This document shows, piece after piece, positions 26,530-32,000 of a DNA stretch of 32,000 nt. The position numbers and the translations under genes are program-made. The notes below the pieces were generated by a model. It saw only the letters and a program-made list of their open reading frames with translations. It made no database searches and was not told the DNA's origin. The stretch comes from Allgaiera indica. GTDB lineage: Bacteria > Pseudomonadota > Alphaproteobacteria > Rhodobacterales > Rhodobacteraceae. Position 1 is the first letter of the stretch. Each line of letters opens with the position of its first letter. Location of the stretch: contig NZ_FNOB01000001.1 in assembly GCF_900106675.1 (NCBI RefSeq), forward strand, positions 204,531 to 236,530. Reading direction: 5' to 3'.

Positions 26530-27222
26530 TCAGGTGATCGTGGTGGTGACCTGGCCCACGCCCTCGACCGTGACGACGCAGACATCACCCGCCGTCAGCG
26601 CGCCCACCCCGGCCGGCGTGCCGGTATAGATCAGATCGCCGGGCAGCAATTCCACCTGCGCGGACAGGAAGGCGATGATGTCGGGCAGCGGCCAGATCAT
26701 CTGATCAAGGGTCGTGTCCTGCACCACCTGACCATTCACGCTACAGGTCAGCCGCGCGCCGGGGTCCGGATGCCCATGCTCGGCCACCGGCAGCAGCGGC
26801 CCGCAGGGGGCCGAGTTGTCGAAACCCTTGGCCATGTCCCAAGGCCGGCGCATTTGCTTCGCCTCGGCCTGCAGGTTGCGCCGGGTCAGGTCGTTGCCCG
26901 CCGCATAGCCCCAGACGTGCGCCAGCGCCCGATCGGCCGGGATTTCAACCCCGCCGGTGCCGATCGCCGCGACCAGTTCGGCCTCGTAATGCAGGTTCGT
27001 GGTGGCCAGGGGATAGGCTAGCGCCGCGCCGTCGTCGATCACGGTGTCGCCCGGCTTGGTGAAGAAGAACGGCGGCTCGCGGTTCGGATCGGCGCCCATC
27101 TCGCGGGCGTGGTCGGCATAATTGCGGCCGACGCAGAAGATCCGCCGCACCGGAAAGCGTGCCGTCGATCCGGCGATCGCGACGCTGGGAACAGCGGGGG
27201 GAGAAATGGCGAAATCAGGCAT
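26530..27222 (-). CDS. Fumarylacetoacetate hydrolase family protein
   Basis: RRIFCVGRNYADHAREMG; NLHYEAELVAAIG; PGDLIYTGTPAGVG. Start ATG at 27222. Confidence 0.94.
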   Translation of the reverse strand: MPDFAISPPAVPSVAIAGSTARFPVRRIFCVGRNYADHAREMGADPNREPPFFFTKPGDTVIDDGAALAYPLATTNLHYEAELVAAIGTGGVEIPADRALAHVWGYAAGNDLTRRNLQAEAKQMRRPWDMAKGFDNSAPCGPLLPVAEHGHPDPGARLTCSVNGQVVQDTTLDQMIWPLPDIIAFLSAQVELLPGDLIYTGTPAGVGALTAGDVCVVTVEGVGQVTTTIT

Positions 27223-27306
27223 GGGACGTCCTCCTGACGCCTCTATGCGCCGATCCGCAGAGGGCCGCAATGGTGGGCCGCGAAGGGCCGAAGTGGTGCG
27301 CGGCGA

Positions 27307-29094
27307 TCAGGGGGCCAGGGCAAAGCACTGGATATCGCGCGCCTGCAGCCGGGCGCAGGCCAGCGCGGCCTGGTCCTGGGTCAGCCCCATGAAGTTCGCA
27401 TCGAACCCGTTCGGGCGGCGCACCACCTTGCGCTGCCCATCGGACAGCGCACTGCTTTCGGCCAGCGCGGTGCGCAGCAGCGCCTTCTCGGCCTGGAACT
27501 GCGACGCGAAACGCCCGACGTTGACGCCCCAGTTACGCCCGCCCGTGCTTGACATCCGGGTCACGACGACCGGGCGCGCCTCGGGGCGGGGCACGTCGCG
27601 CGGCGCGATCGAGGCAAACAGCACCCCGCCGGAATCGGTCGGCCGCGGCAGCGGCGCCGCGGCATCCGCAACGGCGGGGCCGGAAGGCGCCTCGGCCGGA
27701 TCGGTCGCGCGCACCTTGTGAACCCGCCCGGTCTCGGCCGAAGCGACGGCGACGATCGGCTTGACCACTTCGGTCTGATCGGCGGTCGCGGTCTGCGCCG
27801 CGACGGCCGGTGTCTGGTGGTCGGGTGCGGGCGTGGGGCTGGCGGCTTGGGCCGTGGCGCCCAGCGATGCCCCCCCAAGCGCGGCCGGGCGCAGGGGCGG
27901 CGGCATGTTGGGCCGGCCGCTGGTGCCGATATCGGTGCGGTCGGCATCCGGCAAAGCGGCCTTGATCGGGACGGCGGCGGCCTCGGCCGGCGTGGGCGCG
28001 GCAGGGCTGTCCTTGACGTCGGCCGCGTTCGCGACGGCCATGCTGCTTAGCGCACTGGAAATATCGTCCTTCATCGCCACCATCAGCGCCTTCGGTGGCG
28101 CGGCGACCGGCCGGCGCGACGGCCGCGGGCTGGACGCCAAGGCAACGGCAGAGGCCCTGTCATGCGCAAGCGCGATCCGGGTCGCCTTCGGATGGATCGT
28201 ATACATCGCCGCGATCCGGTCGAGGTTCGGCTTCTTGGGCCGCTGCACGGCGACATGCGCCGGCGCCCGCTTGAAGCCCAGATCCAGTAGCTGGGCCATC
28301 TTGGCGTTGCGGTTCGCGACCGAGGAGCCGCCGAACTCCGCCGCGATGATCCGCTTGCCGCCGCGTCTGGCCGAGGCGACCAGATTGAACCCCGACGCAT
28401 AGGTGTAGCCGGTCTTGATCCCGTCCGCGCCGGCATAGGAATTCAGGAACTTGCGGTTCGTCGAATAGACCTCGGCCACGCCCGCGTAGGTCGAGCGACG
28501 TGAGAAGATGTTGTAATACTGCGGGAAATCGTAGAACAGGTGGCGCCCCAGGATGGCCATGTCGCGGGCCGAGGACAAATGCCCGGCCAGCGTCAGCCCG
28601 TTTGGATTCTCGAAATGCGAATCCCGCAACCCCAGTTTCTTTGCCGTTGCATTCATCCGCTTGGCGAATTCGGTGACATTGCCGGAGATCGCGTCGGCAA
28701 TCGCCCAGGCCGCGTCATTGGCCGATTTCACCGCAGCCGCGCGGATCAGATAGCGCAGCTTGATCTTCTGCCCCGCCCGCAGCCCCAGATGCGAAGGCGG
28801 CTGCGCCGCCGCCTCGCGCGACACCGTCACCACGGTATCCAGGCTGATCTCACCGCGCTGGATCGCGTCGAAACAGATATACAGCGTCAGCATCTTCGTC
28901 AGCGAGGCCGGATGCAGCCGCGCATCGGCATTCTTGGAATAAAGAACCTGGCCGGTCCGCGCATCCATGACATAGGCCGCATAGGGCGCGGCCTGAACCC
29001 CGGCGGCCCAGAGCAGCAGGCCACCGGAAACCCCGGCCCATATCCACAAATTACGGAGATTCCGCCCGACTTGCGTCATCACGTCACTGCCCAT
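27307..29094 (-). CDS. D-alanyl-D-alanine carboxypeptidase (PBP5/6-type) with C-terminal SPOR-like domain
   Basis: SLTKMLTLY (SxxK), SANDAAWAIA (SxN), DGIKTGYTYASG (KTG); long Pro/Ala linker; terminal WGVNVGRFASQFQAEKAL. Start ATG at 29094 or 29079. Confidence 0.93.
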   Translation of the reverse strand: MGSDVMTQVGRNLRNLWIWAGVSGGLLLWAAGVQAAPYAAYVMDARTGQVLYSKNADARLHPASLTKMLTLYICFDAIQRGEISLDTVVTVSREAAAQPPSHLGLRAGQKIKLRYLIRAAAVKSANDAAWAIADAISGNVTEFAKRMNATAKKLGLRDSHFENPNGLTLAGHLSSARDMAILGRHLFYDFPQYYNIFSRRSTYAGVAEVYSTNRKFLNSYAGADGIKTGYTYASGFNLVASARRGGKRIIAAEFGGSSVANRNAKMAQLLDLGFKRAPAHVAVQRPKKPNLDRIAAMYTIHPKATRIALAHDRASAVALASSPRPSRRPVAAPPKALMVAMKDDISSALSSMAVANAADVKDSPAAPTPAEAAAVPIKAALPDADRTDIGTSGRPNMPPPLRPAALGGASLGATAQAASPTPAPDHQTPAVAAQTATADQTEVVKPIVAVASAETGRVHKVRATDPAEAPSGPAVADAAAPLPRPTDSGGVLFASIAPRDVPRPEARPVVVTRMSSTGGRNWGVNVGRFASQFQAEKALLRTALAESSALSDGQRKVVRRPNGFDANFMGLTQDQAALACARLQARDIQCFALAP

Positions 29095-29269
29095 TGTCCT
29101 GCCTCTTACCCCGTCTTTGGCGCGGGGCGATTTACTGCTTCGCTTCAGGATAGCACGGGTCAGCGCTTGCGAAAACCCCCGTGTTTCAATGGTTTTTCAG
29201 GCTCTGTTCACAAAATCCCGGAAATATGTTGCGATCCCGCGCGCGACGCCGCCCAAGATCGTGACCACG

Positions 29270-29998
29270 TCAGAGCCGCTCCAGCAGGTCTGGCAGCGCG
29301 CCCAGGTCCGGCAGTTCGCAAAACCGCGGATGCCCGACCGGCGCGGCGTCATGTTCCAGCGCCCAGGTCAGGTCATGGGGCACGAATACCCCCCAGCCGC
29401 CGGCCTCGAGCACGGGGATCACATCCGATCGCATCGAATTGCCCACCATCATCGCCTGCCCCGCGCCGCCGCCATGGCGGGCGAAGATCTCGGCATAGAC
29501 CGGGGCGGTCTTGTTGCTGACGATCTCGACGCCGTCGAACAGATCGCCCAGACCCGATTGCGCCAGCTTGCGCTCCTGATCCAGCAGATCGCCCTTGGTG
29601 ATCAGCACCACCCGATAGCGGCCCGCCAGCGCCTCGACCGTGGCCCGCGCATGGGGCAGCAGCTCGACCGGATGGCGCAGCATCTCCTGCCCCGCGGCGA
29701 TCAGGTCAGAGATCACCGCGGCCGGAACCTGGCCCTCGGTCACCTCGATCGCGGTCTCGATCATCGAAAGGGTGAACCCCTTGATGCCAAAGCCATAATG
29801 GCCGACATTCCGGCGCTCGGCGGCAAGCAGCCGCTCCTCTAGATGCGCGGGTTCGGCGTAGTCCTTCAGCAGTTCCGCGAAATGGTCCTGCGTCATGCGG
29901 AAGAACTGCTCGTTCTGCCAGAGCGTGTCGTCGGCGTCGAAGCCGATGGTGGTGAGCTGGGCCAAGGCCTCCTCCCGCGGGGTTGTGCTCAGGGCCAT
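29270..29998 (-). CDS. HAD family hydrolase
   Basis: TIGFDADDTLWQNE motif I, VLITKGD motif II, MVGNSMRSDVIPVLEAGGWG motif IV. Confidence 0.93.
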   Translation of the reverse strand: MALSTTPREEALAQLTTIGFDADDTLWQNEQFFRMTQDHFAELLKDYAEPAHLEERLLAAERRNVGHYGFGIKGFTLSMIETAIEVTEGQVPAAVISDLIAAGQEMLRHPVELLPHARATVEALAGRYRVVLITKGDLLDQERKLAQSGLGDLFDGVEIVSNKTAPVYAEIFARHGGGAGQAMMVGNSMRSDVIPVLEAGGWGVFVPHDLTWALEHDAAPVGHPRFCELPDLGALPDLLERL

Positions 29999-30879
29999 TT
30001 CGCGATCGGCGGCAGGCTCATCAGCACCGCGTTCGCGTCATGGCCGGTGGCCAGCCCGAATTTCGTCCCCCGATCGTAGACCAGGTTGTATTCGGCATAA
30101 AGGCCGCGGTGGATCAACTGGGTATCGCGGTCGGCTTCGGTCCAAGGCATGTCACGGCGGCGGTGCGTGACGCCCAGGAACGCCGGCAGGAAGGCACGCC
30201 CCACCTCCTGGGTGAAGGCGAAATCGGCATCCCAATCGCCGGTGTTCAGATCGTCGAAGAAGACCCCCCCGACGCCGCGCGCGCGGCCGCGATGGGGGAC
30301 GAAGAAATACTCATCCGCCCAAGCCTTGAAACCGGGGTAGTAGTCAAGGTTGTGGCGGTCGCAATGCTCCTTCAGCACGCCATGGAAAAAGGCGGTGTCG
30401 TCGGGATATTCGAGGCAGGGGTTCAGATCCGTCCCGCCGCCGAACCACCAGGCCGACGGCGTCCAGAACATCCGCGTGTTCATGTGCACCGCCGGACAAT
30501 GGGGGTTTTGCATATGCGCGACCAGGCTGATCCCCGACGCCCAGAAACGCGGATCCTCGGCCACGCCGGGCACGCCGCGGGCCGCCATCGCCTGCTGCGC
30601 GGCTTCGCCCAGCGTGCCATGCACCTGCGACCAGTTCACGCCGACCTTCTCGAACAGGCGCCCGCCGCGCAGCACGCTCATCAGCCCACCGCCCGCGTCA
30701 CCGCCGTCGTCAGAGGCGCGCTTGGTCGGGCTCACCTCGAATCGGCCGGGGGGAAGGGCGGCGAAGGGCCCGGTCGCCTGTTCGTCCTCGAGCGCCTCGA
30801 AGGCGGCGACGATCTTGTCGCGCAGGGCGCGGAACCACGCGGCGGCACGGTCCTTGCGGGCGTCGAAATCCTGGCTCAT
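29989..30879 (-). CDS. hemF: Oxygen-dependent coproporphyrinogen-III oxidase
   Basis: NPHCPAVHMNTRMF, WWFGGGTDLNP, GVGGVFFDDLN, AEYNLVYDRGTKFGL. Start ATG at 30879. Confidence 0.97.
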   Translation of the reverse strand: MSQDFDARKDRAAAWFRALRDKIVAAFEALEDEQATGPFAALPPGRFEVSPTKRASDDGGDAGGGLMSVLRGGRLFEKVGVNWSQVHGTLGEAAQQAMAARGVPGVAEDPRFWASGISLVAHMQNPHCPAVHMNTRMFWTPSAWWFGGGTDLNPCLEYPDDTAFFHGVLKEHCDRHNLDYYPGFKAWADEYFFVPHRGRARGVGGVFFDDLNTGDWDADFAFTQEVGRAFLPAFLGVTHRRRDMPWTEADRDTQLIHRGLYAEYNLVYDRGTKFGLATGHDANAVLMSLPPIAKWP

Positions 30880-31001
30880 CGCGATCTCCTTCGCAGCGGG
30901 CCCCGACCATAGGCCGCCCCGCGCGCGGCGCAAGAGGATAGCGGGGGATTTGGGAATCGCGCGGCAGGCGCTATGCTGGCGCGCCGCCCATGGAGACGCT
31001 C

Positions 31002-31397
31002 ATGCGCCCGATCACCACCCTACCCGCCCTGGCCATCGTGCTGACGCTGGCCGCCTGCGCCACGCCGCAGCAGCGCTGCATCAACCAGCATACCCGCGAT
31101 CTGCGGGTGGTTGAGGGGCTGATCGCGCGGCTGAAGACCGATATCGCGCGCGGCTACGCGCTGGTGCCGACCCCGACGGTGATGCCGCGCTGGGTCTTCT
31201 GCGGTGGTCCCTATTCCGACGACGGCCCCGGCATGTGCCTGATCGACACGCCGGCCACCGTGGCCCGCCCGGCCGCCTTCGACATCGCCGAGGCCAAGCG
31301 TCAGCTGGCGCAGCTGGAGGTCAAGCGCCGCGAACTGGAGCGCACGGCCAGCCCCGCCGTCGAAGCCTGCCGTGCGGCGTTTCCCGACAAGGGTTAG
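31002..31397 (+). CDS. Small putative lipoprotein, unknown function
   Basis: MRPITTLPALAIVLTLAAC|ATPQQRC signal with lipobox; GGAG 6 nt upstream of the ATG at 31002. Earlier ATG at 30990 possible. Confidence 0.7.
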   Translation: MRPITTLPALAIVLTLAACATPQQRCINQHTRDLRVVEGLIARLKTDIARGYALVPTPTVMPRWVFCGGPYSDDGPGMCLIDTPATVARPAAFDIAEAKRQLAQLEVKRRELERTASPAVEACRAAFPDKG

Positions 31398-31451
31398 CGA
31401 CGCGCCGATAGCGACGGGGGGGCGGGAACGCAGGGCTGGCGGCGCGGGCGT

Positions 31452-32000
31452 CTAGTGGACCGGCGCCGAGGCCGCATCAAGCAGGCTGCGCCCGCCGTCC
31501 AGCGTCAGGATCTGGCCGGTCATGAAACCCGCCCCATCCGAAGCCAGGAATTGCGCCGCGTCCGCCAATTCGCCCGGCGCGGCGATGCGTTCCAGCGGCG
31601 TATGCGCGCGGATCTCTTGGCGCATCTCGGGGTGGTCCTTCAGCGCCTCCTTCAGCGAGGTGCTCATCACCGACCCAAAGGCGATCGCGTTCACCCGGAT
31701 CCGCTTGGGCGCCAGCGCCACCGCCAGCGAACGCGTCATCTGGTCAAGCGCGGCGCAAGAGATCGAATAGGCCATCAGTTCGGGTTGCGATCGCCGCGCG
31801 GCGATCGACGAGATGTTGATGATCGACCCGATCGCGGCGCCGTTCGCCTCGGCGCTGTCGCGTTCGGCCTGCTGGATCATCCGCCGGGCGACCTGCTGCG
31901 ATACCCGAAGACTGGTCAGCAGGTTCTGTTCCAGCAGCGCCTCGACGCCGTCTTCGTCGGCGTCCAGCGGATCGGCGGCGTACATCTGGCGGCTGGCGTT
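31452..32000 (-). CDS. SDR family oxidoreductase (C-terminal part; 5' end beyond window)
   Basis: SIINISSIAARRSQPELMAYSISCAALDQMTRSLAVALAPKRIRVNAIAFG and FMTGQILTLDGG motifs. N-terminal Rossmann segment is outside the window. Confidence 0.85.
   Translation of the reverse strand, partial: NASRQMYAADPLDADEDGVEALLEQNLLTSLRVSQQVARRMIQQAERDSAEANGAAIGSIINISSIAARRSQPELMAYSISCAALDQMTRSLAVALAPKRIRVNAIAFGSVMSTSLKEALKDHPEMRQEIRAHTPLERIAAPGELADAAQFLASDGAGFMTGQILTLDGGRSLLDAASAPVH

Noticed and set aside
31417-31423. Run of 7 G residues between the lipoprotein gene and the SDR
   Set aside because: Intergenic between two gene 3' ends; no plausible switching role.

Overview
GC-rich 32 kb chromosomal window that looks like an alphaproteobacterium, probably Rhodobacterales/Paracoccaceae. 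That call rests on DUF2948 and DUF2125 family proteins, the gene order and intergenic repeat style, not on any search. It is mostly ordinary, densely packed core or housekeeping sequence. From left to right I read: MDR-family oxidoreductase; GlcD-like FAD oxidase; arylesterase (tesA-like) divergent from a YbbA/YbbP-type ABC pair; Tat-secreted MBL hydrolase; small zincin-like peptidase; histidine kinase/response regulator pair; CorA; single-PDZ HtrA/DegP protease; tRNA-Thr(GGT); murA and DUF2948; creatinase; L,D-transpeptidase; RluA-like pseudouridine synthase; enoyl-CoA hydratase and SDR; DUF2125; pmbA; CysQ-like phosphatase; PilZ-like small protein and degenerate receiver; Ada; FAH-family hydrolase; SPOR-type D-Ala-D-Ala carboxypeptidase; HAD hydrolase; hemF; small lipoprotein; and an SDR truncated by the window edge. 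I see no CRISPR array, prophage, transposase or obvious defence island, and nothing I can defend as a wholly new multi-gene system. The items most worth a second look are: a 23-bp repeat found three times just downstream of genes, always in the sense orientation of the upstream gene; a composite hairpin repeat between DUF2948 and creatinase; a pseudo-receiver protein lacking both the phospho-acceptor Asp and the conserved Lys, next to a PilZ-like gene; an orphan creatinase; strong hairpins at the corA stop codon and downstream of htrA; and a possible GGAAC-N17-CGTTG promoter upstream of the L,D-transpeptidase.
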